The position numbers were made by a program, and so were the translations under genes. A stretch of DNA of 64,000 bases from Squalus acanthias (lineage: Eukaryota), in contig CM059432.1 in the NCBI GenBank assembly GCA_030390025.1, positions 133,674,001-133,738,000 of the forward strand. Reading direction: 5' to 3'. The notes under the pieces are model-generated. The model saw only the letters and a list, made by a program, of their open reading frames with translations, was not told the DNA's origin and did no database searches. Below, piece after piece: positions 1 to 10,201 of this stretch (position 1 is the stretch's first letter; each line of letters starts with the position of its first letter).

Positions 1-55
1 CAGTTTCTGCTCGACGATTTTGCGTTGTCGTGTGTCTTGAAGGCCGCCTTGGAGA
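1..55 (-). mobile_element. Penelope-like element fragment (GIY-YIG C-terminal region)
   Basis: Closely similar to 38457-38511, which lies within the GIY-YIG-coding fragment. Confidence 0.7.
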
Positions 56-366
56 CACACGACAACTTCATCTTCCTCCTCTTCATAGCATCAAAATACA
101 GATATTCCCATTAGGAATTCTATGTCGAGAGTGCAATGCAGTACTTTGAGCAGAACTGAGTTGAGTCCCAGGAGCAATTTTAGCATCTTGAGTAAAGATT
201 TGAGCCCACTCTTGTTGAAGCAGATACACAAAGTGACTGCACCTCAATGCAAACTTAGCACACGCATGAGTTTTAATGTGTAGAGGCATTGCACCCCCTT
301 GGTACAACGCATAGGACTATACTACAGATAGAAAGCTATGTGCTGTGGGGTGCTTTAAGACAACTT

Positions 367-911
367 GGGGCTGATTTTAACTTTTGGGGGTAGGGGGCAG
401 GGGGGAACCGGCAAAGAGGCCGGACCCATTTTGAGTCCCAGACCTCATTTAAATGAGCGTCCCGATGCAGCTTGCTCGATTCCAGTGGCCCAGAGGCAGC
501 GCAGCCATGGTAAGTCGGGGGCGGGGGGTGTCGTAATCGCGATTGGGGGCAGCAGGCGGGGAAAGTCCAGAGCGTCAGCGACCCAAATTGTTATTCCGGG
601 ACCTGGAGGAGGAGCACTCCTGCTCCTTCTGGCCCACAAAATAATTTTAAAACCTACCTTTGGAGGGCCTCTTTGGCTCCATCACCAGTGAAACTGGTCG
701 GAGATTGCACGGGGCACGCGCCGACCAGTTCTGTCCTAAAATGGCAACTGGCAACTTATGTACTGGGGCCTACCGTCTGAAACGGGCAGGAACTTCAGCC
801 CCCCCCAGCGGGCCGAGTGTCGTCGTTAAGGGGACCGTAAGTCTACCAACGCCATTTTGAGGCTGTTACCGTCCCATTGACGATGATTTCACCGGGTTAA
901 GACCAACTCCC
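367..911. mobile_element. Non-autonomous TIR element, probably a Harbinger-type MITE
   Basis: Ends ggggctgattttaac and gttaagaccaactccc are imperfectly complementary. The interior is similar to 8449-8968 (ggaggagcactcct..tcct). Confidence 0.55.
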
Positions 912-1601
912 AAAGACTTCTTAAGGTTTTGAACTTGGCAACTGCAATTAAGAGCTGCCTGCAGTTGCTTCAATGTTGTACATTACAAAAAGGAGGCCTT
1001 TGCTGGGTTTAACATGTACTTTTACTTCTACTGCAATGCTACATATAAAAGTATCATGATTATCAGCTATTGGAAGTCTTTAAGATTTTTCAGTTCCAAA
1101 CTGTATAACATAGACTCCAATCTACATAAACTACTTAAATTCAAGGAGGGGTCTTAAATGGTAATGTCTGAAAGGAAACCCAGAAATAACAAGTTAAATC
1201 TAAGACCTGTATAATTTTTTTCTAACATCACCCTGGTTTGTACATTGTTATGCCAAGAAGGTATGCGCTTTTCTCACACTATCAGTATTTAAAAGGTAGG
1301 ATTTGCTTTTTTTTGACGATGGCACTTTAACTTCTTCGCTCTCGTATTCAGCTAATCTAATTAACATGATTTTTTTTTTAACACTGATCTCTCAATGACA
1401 GAAAAGTCAGTCAAAGAACAGGCACCCTAATCCCCTGGCTTTGAGCTTCCCAACAGATAAAAAGGGAACCTATTAAACATGGTTGTACCTGCCAAAAGGA
1501 TAACTTAAGTAAAAGTAATGAAAGAATTCCTTGAGAGAAGAAGCACGTATTGAGAAGTTCAGGCTATTTTCAAGAATGGCAAGTCTTAAAGCAGTACTCA
1601 C

Positions 1602-1726
1602 ATGACAGAGAATCGGTATTGATCCTGGTCCTCCAGATACGGTGGCACCAGTGGAAATCTGTTTTTTTCAACAGGACTCTGAATCTTATCTTTGGTATTA
1701 AACTCAGGCAGATTATGATGAATGAC
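1602..1726 (-). CDS. OFCC1: OFCC1 internal coding exon (phase 0 to 2)
   Basis: Acceptor ttttctttttatttacag and donor cat|GTGAGT. 125 nt, reads VIHHNLPEFNTKDKIQSPVEKNRFPLVPPYLEDQDQYRFSV. YLEDQDQYRFSV resembles the recalled OFCC1 segment YLEELEKHRFSV. Confidence 0.8.
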
Positions 1727-2144
1727 CTGTAAATAAAAAGAAAATGAGGAATATCAATCTGCCACAAAACTGTTGGTACTAACATTTTGAACAAGGAACA
1801 ACTGTGGGCACGTTAAAGGGTAAATTTCCACAGTCTCGGCCGTGATGGGCCAGATACCTTGCCACAGTCGAGTACTCAGAAAATCTACCCCATAGTGTTT
1901 TCAATATTCTTTTGCATGATTTTTCTTATACCAAGAAGGGCTTTGTTTGTGATAGCACAAAAAATAAAATTAAACTGCACACTTGTACTTTGCAATTTTG
2001 TATTAAGAAAGCAAGAAAAGGGCATTAAAGTCCGCGGGAGTGCCCCTGCTTGTTGACCATAACTTTAGCAGAATAGGTGTAAAAACACATGTGAGATAAT
2101 TAGTTGGATTCAACATTCAACTGGTGTTTTGTGAAACTAACCTT

Positions 2145-3090
2145 AAATGAAGGAAGGTCATTGACCTGAAACATTGGCTGGAATTTTGTCGGTGCTCAGG
2201 GGGCGGGTTTGGAGGCGGGACATCCGGCAAAATTGCAAAGATTGACAGCGGGTCAATCTTCCCAGGTGTCGGGTCCCTGATTTGCGCATGGACCCGATAC
2301 ATAGCATCGGGAACAAGCAGTTAAGAAGCTTTTTGCAATTTTGACAATTCTACTGCGGGCTTCCCGACGTCCGGACACCACGCCAGGGTAAGTGTGGCAT
2401 GTTGTGCGTCTATTGTAATGTTTCTGCATTGATGACAGCTGCAGAAGTGGTGTGAAGGATCCCATAGTATACTGGTGAGTTTCAGAGGTAAGATAATATT
2501 GGGAAAATCATTTTCAATGCATTTAGACTTTTCTGTAGGTAACAAGTTTTGAATTGTATGTGTAGTCCCACCTCATTTGGAAAACCTCTCTCACCAGTGA
2601 CAGATCGCTTCTGCAACCTCACCTGCAGCTGTCATCTGTTCTAGCCTAAGGAGGGAGTCACTGGAGGGCCTGAGTGCAAGAGCTCACCTTTGTACAGTGA
2701 CTGTCAGTGTTTGCAGCACCTCAATGCTGTCAAACACTGAGAAATCAGCTGTCAAAAAAAAATGTGCGTGGCCCCTTTAAGAAAACCGGCAGATGACGCG
2801 TCATCAACTGATGTCATCTGACACCGGCTTCCTCTTAATTGGCCGGCAGGCCCGCAGGGCAGGCTTAACAAGGCCAATTGATGCAAAATCACGTTTGTGC
2901 GTTTGATGTCATTGGGGGCGGGACTGGAACCCAGAAGGCAGCTGTCCTACTCCCAAGCCGCCTCGAACCGAAAAATCGAGCCCATTAACTCTGTTTCTCT
3001 CTCCACAGATGCTGCCTAACCTGCTGAGTATTTCCAGCATTTTCTGTTTTTTTATTTCAGATTTCCAGCATCCGCAGTATTTTGCTTTTT
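2145..3090 (+). mobile_element. Small Penelope-type non-autonomous element interrupted by a MITE
   Basis: aggtcattgacctgaaacatt at 2155-2175 resumes as attaactctgtttctctctccacagatgctgcc at 2984. Same family as 7754-7975. Confidence 0.7.
2176..2983. mobile_element. Harbinger-type MITE
   Basis: TIRs ggctggaatttt and aaaaatcgagccc, flanked by a 3-bp ATT duplication. Confidence 0.75.
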
Positions 3091-3333
3091 TATCTTAGAT
3101 GAAGGATGATTCTTTCCCCCGCAGACCACCCTTCAGCTTAATACACTTTCCAAAGTGGATAGAACCCAAAACAAAAACTACAACAGGTGTGTGTAATCAT
3201 TGCACTATTTTCTCACCCAGAGACAGGCAAAGACTTTCCTAAACGTCATCATAGCAGCTGGTTTTAAAGCTCCCATTCAGCCTAAGCCTTTCTCTTCTGC
3301 ATTCTGATAGTCTGTGATTTTGCTACAACAACA

Positions 3334-4945
3334 ATGAGTTCTTCCAGAGGTAAGGCAGCTCCTCGATTTAATGATGAGTCCCTCCATGCTCTTGTCGATG
3401 CTGTCAGAGGGTGCAGGGAGATCATCTTCCCTCCGGAAGGCTGGAGGAAGCCTCCTCAACAGACCAAGGCAGCCTGGCTGCGCATTGCTGAGGAGGTCAG
3501 TGCAAGGTCCATTTGTTCACGCTCCATGATCCAGTGCAGGAAAACGTTTAATGATCTTGTGCGAACATCAAAAGTGAGTATCCCATCACACTTACCTTCA
3601 ATCTGCTTCCCTTCTCTTCTCATCGCCAGCACTCTGCATTGTAAGCCTGCTCCTCCACATACCACCTTACCCTTACTTCCCTTGCACCCTTACCTATCCA
3701 TCTCTGTCTCTGCACTGAATCACTTCAGCATCCTGCCTATGCACCCCTTAGACTCGCTCTCACTGTCATGCAGTGACAACAACTAACAACGCACAGGGAG
3801 CTAGCTTCCTCTTGGCACCTCACCCCATCTTCGTCTCCCTCAAAGCTTCTATGGTAGGGATTCTTCACACTCACTTCATCACTGTGGCTGAAACTCCGCT
3901 TGTGTCCCTCCTTGCAGGAAAAGACAGCCCACAATAAGAGGGAGAGAGCAATGACTGGAGGAGGTACACTAACCCTAGCAACCTTGACTAGTGCTGAGGA
4001 GGCTGCACACAAAATTGTTGGAGGTGGCGAGGATCTGGAAGTGGGTGATGGAGAGACGGGCACACTAGAGGAAGCTGGTGACATAATAGAGTTTCATCCC
4101 TCTCATTGACATTTAGTGATTGACTGCAATAGCATATGATGTTCATAGAGAATCGCGTTGTATCATCTGCACAAAAGGATGTGTCTGCTACATCAATATC
4201 AGATGTCTAAATCATGCCTTTACTCTCCCACAGGACCATCAAGCGCCCCCTCCCTATGATCCAGGACAAAGAGCCAGACGACTCCTCAGAGGATCCTGAA
4301 GCCTCTGAGGGAGTAGCGTCATCAGGACTCAGTGCACCCAGCACCAGCGCAGCAACGCACACCTCGGTGGGGCCCTCGCGAGTTAGAGTAGTGTTGCCAC
4401 CTGGTCTATCACAGTGCACAAGTGAGCATCAGCAGATGGTGGAGACAGCGACAGCAATGGAGAGTCCTCGGCGGAGGTCGCAGCAATCTCCTAGCTGGTA
4501 TCTGCTGAGCTGCATGCAGATGCTGTGCCTCTGGGGCCATCCAGAAAAAGAGTGGTTCGGGAAATACAGGAACAAGTGCAGGCGTCTCTGGAAGGGTTTG
4601 CCTCCAGGGTTAGTGCGAGTGTGGAGAGAATGGAGGAGTCCATCTCTAACATCAGCACTGCCGTGGTGGAGGCAATGGCGCATGAACGCACCTCCATGGA
4701 TAGGATGGCAACCTCCGTGGATTGGCTGGCTACCTCAGTGGAAAGGCTGGCTACTGCCATGGAGGAAATAAGTTGCCAGAGTCAGAAAAACATGGTGACT
4801 GTTCAAAATAGATTGTCATCTCTGGAGGAGAGATGGGCAGCTATTGAGCAGAGAGACCAGAGCTTCATGGACGTCCTTTTGAGGAGGACTGCCAGTGCAG
4901 ATACGGGTCCTCATGACCCCGCTGATGTGCAGCAAGGTGCTCTCC
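3334..4945 (+). pseudogene. Harbinger-derived Myb/SANT-like (NAIF1/MSANTD-type) gene relic with three exons
   Basis: Exon 3334-3573 reads MSSSRGKAAPRF...AAWLRIAEEV...QCRKTFNDL, followed by donor GTGAGT. Exon 3918-4077 reads EKTAHNKRERAMTGGG. The exon from 4234 is frameshifted and contains heptad repeats. Paralogous to 24.2-26.2 kb. Confidence 0.8.
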
Positions 4946-5062
4946 ATCGATGTAATTGACTGAATGGTGCTGTTGCATCCTAGGTAAGTAGATACACAGT
5001 AAATATTCAGACTGCATAATCTAAATTCAGTTCACAGGGACACAGCTCTGGCCAAAAATATT

Positions 5063-5825
5063 GGCCCAGAAATTAAACATCGATGGTTCCCGCGGGGGTA
5101 AGGATTCCCCGCGATATCGCACTCCGCGCCTACCTTTTTTGTTTCGGGCCCACACGAACTTCAGTTTCAGGGCCTCTCCCTGTTGCCAGCGTGCAGTGCT
5201 TGCGTGTCTCAGAGGCGCAATTAGTTCGTGCGCGCTCTGGGATCACGTGATTCAGTTAGAGCCAATGGCAGCACACCATCTTTCATTCATAGTTTTGACA
5301 GCAAGGGCTGTCAAAGCTATGAATACTACAAGCCCCCAAAAGAACAGCTAAACCTCAATTAAATTTAAAAAAAAGCCATCACATTAATAAAATAACTATA
5401 GTTAAATAAATTAACCACTTTAAACAAAAAATTAAATCTTTGAAAAAATTTAAAATCTTTTTAAAAGTTATAAAAATAAACTTACCTTTCTTTAAAGTCT
5501 CTAAAAAGATAAACCTGTTGAAAAAATTTTAAAATAACACTTAATTAACTACTTACCTTGTTAAAAGGGGGTCCTACGCCTGCTTTCTTTATGTGTAAAA
5601 TCTTCACCACTTACCTGCGCGTTCAAACCTGAAAAAAAACTAAGTGCACTGCGTGCACGCAGCCTGTAGTGCGCACGCGGTTCACTTAGGAACCGCCCCC
5701 TTTGCAATACACGAAGTGCCGGTTTCCCGCGCATGCGCAGTGCATGCAGGAAACCGGCAATTCTGGAACTAATACGCGAGAGTACACAGTGCATACTCTC
5801 GCGTATTAGGTCTAATTTTCGGGCC
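5063..5825. mobile_element. Harbinger-type MITE with AT-rich core
   Basis: TIRs ggcccagaaatta and taattttcgggcc, with ATT on both flanks. Confidence 0.75.
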
Positions 5826-6089
5826 ATTAAGTTCATGCCCAGTCTTTTGGGAGATGCTGAGGCGATCAAGTAAAACATTTAATGAAGGCATTAAAAATGT
5901 AAAAGATAATTCGATGGATACATTTTATTATGTTGCTGTGGAATATGTCATTTTGTTTTTTTTTAGATTTTGTTTCAAACTTTATTTTGAATATTAGAAA
6001 TTTCAGATACTGAGAAAAAATAGTGGATGAAAAGAATTTTCAGAAAGTATTTTGAGTGATTTGTGCCAGTCAGATTGTGCAGTCAGAGT

Positions 6090-6455
6090 GACAAATTTAC
6101 ATAAGTAGAACCCATTATACATGTGGACATAGGAGTCTGTAATGGGAAAAAGGTCCAAAAAATGTGACAAAAACATAATAGGAAGTCAAGGTGTGCAGAG
6201 AGGAATTGCATAGAGATCCAAGATTTTTAAGAAGAAAGTTGTTGATCACTTATCGTGCACATGGGACTATCAAGTGTCATCATTAGCTGTAGCACCTCTA
6301 TGGGAGAGGTTACAGCATGACGAGTTTATCATTCCAGCATGACAAGTTTATATAGGATGACAAGTTTATATAGGCAGTTTCCATCATAAATGTGGATATA
6401 GGAATTTATAATGGAAAACATTAACAGAAAGTGCATGCAGATATAAGATTTTTAA
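6090..6455. repeat. Old unclassified repeat, shared with 34680-34960
   Basis: Both loci contain variants of ccattataaatatggacataggaatttata and ggaattgcat..agat.taagatttt. Confidence 0.5.
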
Positions 6456-6463
6456 TATATTAC

Positions 6464-6531
6464 AGGTAGGTAGATGGGTAGATAGATAGATTAATAGATA
6501 GATAGGTAGGTAGGTAGGTAGACAGACAGAT
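6464..6531. repeat. Compound microsatellite (GGTA/GATA/GACA)n
   Basis: Tetranucleotide runs visible directly. Confidence 0.9.
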
Positions 6532-6967
6532 ATAAAGTAAAGGATGGGACAGATGAATCAATGGTCTTACCCTGCCCAAAATATTGTGTTACCATATTAA
6601 ATATTGTGCCCTTCACTGACCGCATGTCCAACCGATGCTTTTCTCTCAGCAACTGCTGACTGACCTGCTGTGTGTTTCAAATTTTCAGCATTTGCACCTT
6701 CCTTCCTTTTTATTTGACTTTTAGTGGATTATTGGGCATGTGATTACCAGGCATGGAATGCATGTTACCGCCCCAACTCTCGCTCACTATTCCCAGTCCC
6801 TGGTCTTTCCCCTCCCTCACAGCCCAGTCGTTGGGCACCCAATTAGCCTTCAACCTCCCTGTTCTCTCTGTGCCTGGTCTCCCTGCCCCAAACCTCTCTT
6901 GTGCATAGCCAGGGAGACCACAGATCATTTCAGTGCCAATCAGAAGATAGGAGCCACGAGTTGTTTG

Positions 6968-7353
6968 ACTAAAATTCTCATCCTTGTTTTCAAATCCCTC
7001 CATGGCCTCACCCCTCCCTACCTCTATAATCTTTTCCAGCCCTGGAATGCCTCTGAGATATCTGTGCACCTCCAATTCTGGCCTCTTGAGCATCCCCGAT
7101 TTTAATCGCTCCATCATTGGCGGCCGTGCCTTCAGCTGCCTGGGCCCTAAGCTCTGAAATTCCCTCCCTAAACCTCTCCGCCTCTCTACCACTCTTTCCT
7201 CCTTTAAGAAGTTCCTTAAAACCTACCTCCATCTGCCCTAATATCTCTATGTGGCTTGGTGTCAAATTTTGTTTGATAACGCTCCTATGAAGCGCCTTGG
7301 GACGTTTTACTATGTTAAAGGCGCTATATAAATGCAAGTTGTCGTTGTTGTTG
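6968..7353 (+). mobile_element. L2-like LINE 3' fragment
   Basis: Encodes KILILVFKSLHGL...GGRAFS..GPKLWNSLP-type sequence and ends gcgctatataaatgcaagttg(ttg)n. Confidence 0.8.
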
Positions 7354-7753
7354 CAGGTGTTCATGGGAAAGGGCATTAAAAGCAGAGGTAGAGATGTAGC
7401 GGAAGAAGGAAGAAACATATAAAGAGAAGGCAGCATAGAAAATAGTGGGAGTTTTACGGAAAGAAACAGAAACCAAGACATAAAGAGAGAGATATACAGA
7501 CAAACAGGAAGCAACTGATTGGCATAGTGAGTGGGAAGTGCAAGGGAGCCAAAGTCAGAAAAAGGTGAACTAAATGGGTTAACGCTTATATTAAAATAAC
7601 AACCTGAGGAGCTTGATATGAGCAAGTTAAACACTCATCTGCTAACAGTAATTTCTAGACTATAAAGCTTAAATGAACGTTCCCATTAATTTGCACATAT
7701 CTTAAGCTGCGAATTCCAGCAGATTTTGGTGTTCTGAACTAAGATTTAGCCAC

Positions 7754-7975
7754 GATAGCAAAATACTGCGGATGCTGGAAATCCGAAATAACAACAGAAA
7801 ACGCTGGAAAAACTCAGCAGGCCAGGCAGCATCCGTGGAGAGAGAAAGAGAGTTAACGTTTCAGGTCGATGACCTTTTCTGATGAAAGGTCATCGACCTG
7901 AAACGTTAACTCTCTTTCTCTCTCCACGGATGCTGCCTGGCCTGCTGAGTTTTTCCAGCGTTTTCTGTTGTTATT
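7754..7975. mobile_element. Young palindromic Penelope-type insert with a 14-bp TSD
   Basis: Perfect 92-bp inverted arms at 7786-7877 and 7885-7976. TSD taagatttagccac at 7740-7753 and 7976-7989. Confidence 0.8.
7876..7911 (+). ncRNA. Putative minimal type I hammerhead ribozyme
   Basis: CUGAUGA (7879-7885), stem II AGGUC-auc-GACCU, GAAA (7900-7903), palindromic ACGU stem III, GUU triplet. Stem I is weak in this copy. Confidence 0.6.
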
Positions 7976-8448
7976 TAAGATTTAGCCACCATTGAAGCAA
8001 CGGTATTATGAACAGCTCTCTCCAGGCCCAAGAAACTCAACGAGTACAAGCCAGCAGGTAAAAAAAAAAAGGGCTAATTTTGCGAGGCTGCACTCCCAGT
8101 ATAGCATTTTATTTGATGCAAATGTGGATTAGAGAATCGGGTATGGAAGGCCGGAGGCCCATTTCACAGTGTTTCTGATCTTCCATGATCAATTTTAAAT
8201 CAACCAGCCTTCCAATATTTACCCCTAAAAGTACAAATCAAATCTAAATTGCTTGAGCTTTTTGGGTTGGATTATCAGGACATGTTGGCTACATATTATA
8301 GCCATTCCGAAGTAGGCCTACATCTTAATTTAGGATCCTTCACAGAGTCTGGTTGTGGAGTGCATTAGAAAGCAATTCTTACATTTGTGCATGTTCAGCT
8401 AGAGAGGACTTTCTATTGAAATAAATAGGAAAAAAACACATTAAATAA

Positions 8449-8968
8449 GCCTTCGATTTTAACTCAGGGTGGGATTGGTATTGGGGAGGGGGCAGGGATG
8501 CGATGCGAGCGACAAGCTCACATGTTGTTAAGCTCCCGGGCCTCATTTACATTTGCAAGATCGGACTCCCTTGCGAACCTGGCAGGAATTACTGCCTAGA
8601 CGGCGGGCAGGAGGCCACGGGAATGGTTCCCGGCACAAGGTAAGTCCATCAGAGGGCTCAAGGTTTCCTTGTGGGGCCCGGAGGAGCACTCCTACTCCTC
8701 CAGGTCTACAATGAAACTTAAATATTTTTTTTAAACTTAGCTCTTCTGGTCCTGGCTGCTGTTCCCGGCAGGTTTGGCCTGGTGGAGAAGCCATGACTGC
8801 TCCTCCGCTCAGTCCTCAAGTTAAAATGGCAGATTGGGGCCCAACGATGTCATTGGAACCTGACCTGCATATTTAAAGAGGACCCCGCCGGCTTGTGGTG
8901 GGTGGGTATCCTTTCTGCCTGCTAATTAAAATTGGAGCCAGTCAGATTGGGGAGTTAAAATCAAGGCC
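8449..8968. mobile_element. Harbinger-type MITE
   Basis: TIRs gccttcgattttaactc and gagttaaaatcaaggc. Confidence 0.65.
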
Positions 8969-9620
8969 TAATGAAAAGTAGATTGAGCTCAGTTGAAATA
9001 ACTTTATGATTGGAAAGCCTGACAAAATCCACTGTCTATCAAATATGAAGAATGGGCGCTTGAGTGTGTTACTGAAGTGCATCAGGCACCGAGTGTACTG
9101 TACCACAGGAATGAGCAACAGCCTAAAGAGATGGGAAGGGGAAAAACTTGGCAGGAAAAGGGGGCAAAAATGAAAGTTGTTTATTTAAAAGACACCCTCA
9201 GGAGGTTGGCTATTCATTTGTTTTTAACATTGAATGGTCTGTCTCCTTTAACACAGTGGTGACATACCATTTGCCAAAATCTCAACCTTTACAGAAAAAT
9301 ATTTTGAGGAAACAAAGCGCCAATACAGTAAGAAAAAAATATGATTACCACTTCAAAGGTTGGCAGGTTAACTACCGACTTTGATTAATTTCATCTCAGT
9401 CTTCTTACAGCTTAGGAGAAGGTGTGTTCTCAAGAATAAAGGGTTGGCTAGCATTGCTGATTTCACAAAATGTCACTCATTTTGGCTTGTCAAACACATC
9501 AAATTCAGCTTTGAAGACAGCAAATACCTTTGAGTGTGATATATATTTTGACAAATCTTAGCTAACAATTGCAGGCATGTGCAGTGATACAGCGTCAAGT
9601 ATTCAAGACAGCACTCTCAC

Positions 9621-9709
9621 CTTGAAGTACATTCCACTCTCACCATTCGCTGTGATCAGCTCATCAAATTTCTCCTCACAGTCAGTGTCAATTCCACAGG
9701 AATCCTGAG
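9621..9709 (-). CDS. OFCC1: OFCC1 internal coding exon (phase 1 to 0)
   Basis: Acceptor ttctttattttatattgcag and donor aag|GTGAGA. 89 nt, reads (A)QDSCGIDTDCEEKFDELITANGESGMYFK. Phase-compatible with neighbouring exons. Confidence 0.72.
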
Positions 9710-9828
9710 CTGCAATATAAAATAAAGAAGCAAAAACACAGTTAAGTCATTTTATGTATTACTCTGCTAACGACAAATTTTCCATTGCAACTGATCAAAT
9801 TGTTATGACGAGGCCCATTTAGAATGGA

Positions 9829-10201
9829 CAAAAATGAGAAGTCACACAACACCAGGTTATAGTCCAACAGATTTATTTAAAATTACAAGTTCACACTCAA
9901 AGGTATTTGCTGAACTGCAGACAGCAGGATTTGACACGTTGGACCCCCTGTGACCCATCTCATTGTCTTGGCTGTGCGCTGGTGTGTCTTTGATGTAATG
10001 CCTCCCTGAAAGATTGTATCTCTGCAGACAAATTGCTTTCTGTGTTTATATACTGTGTAATCAATTCCCTCATTGTACCTTTACCTGACGAAGGGGCAAC
10101 AGCTCCGAAAGCTCGTAATTTTAAATAAATCTGTTGGACTATAACCTGGTGTTGTGCGACTTCTCATTTTTGTCCACCCCAGTCCAACACCGGCATCTCC
10201 G
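9829..10201 (+). mobile_element. Truncated Penelope-like element with an inverted partial terminal repeat and a 13-bp TSD
   Basis: TSD catttagaatgga at 9816-9828 and 10202-10214. About 64-bp inverted repeat at 9825-9889 and 10112-10176. Homologous to the 3' region of the GIY-YIG-bearing copy at 38.1-38.3 kb. Confidence 0.8.
10081..10118 (+). ncRNA. Putative minimal type I hammerhead ribozyme
   Basis: Stem I UUAC/GUAA, core CUGACGA, stem II GGGGC-aaca-GCUCC, GAAA, palindromic AGCU stem III, CUC triplet. Confidence 0.7.
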
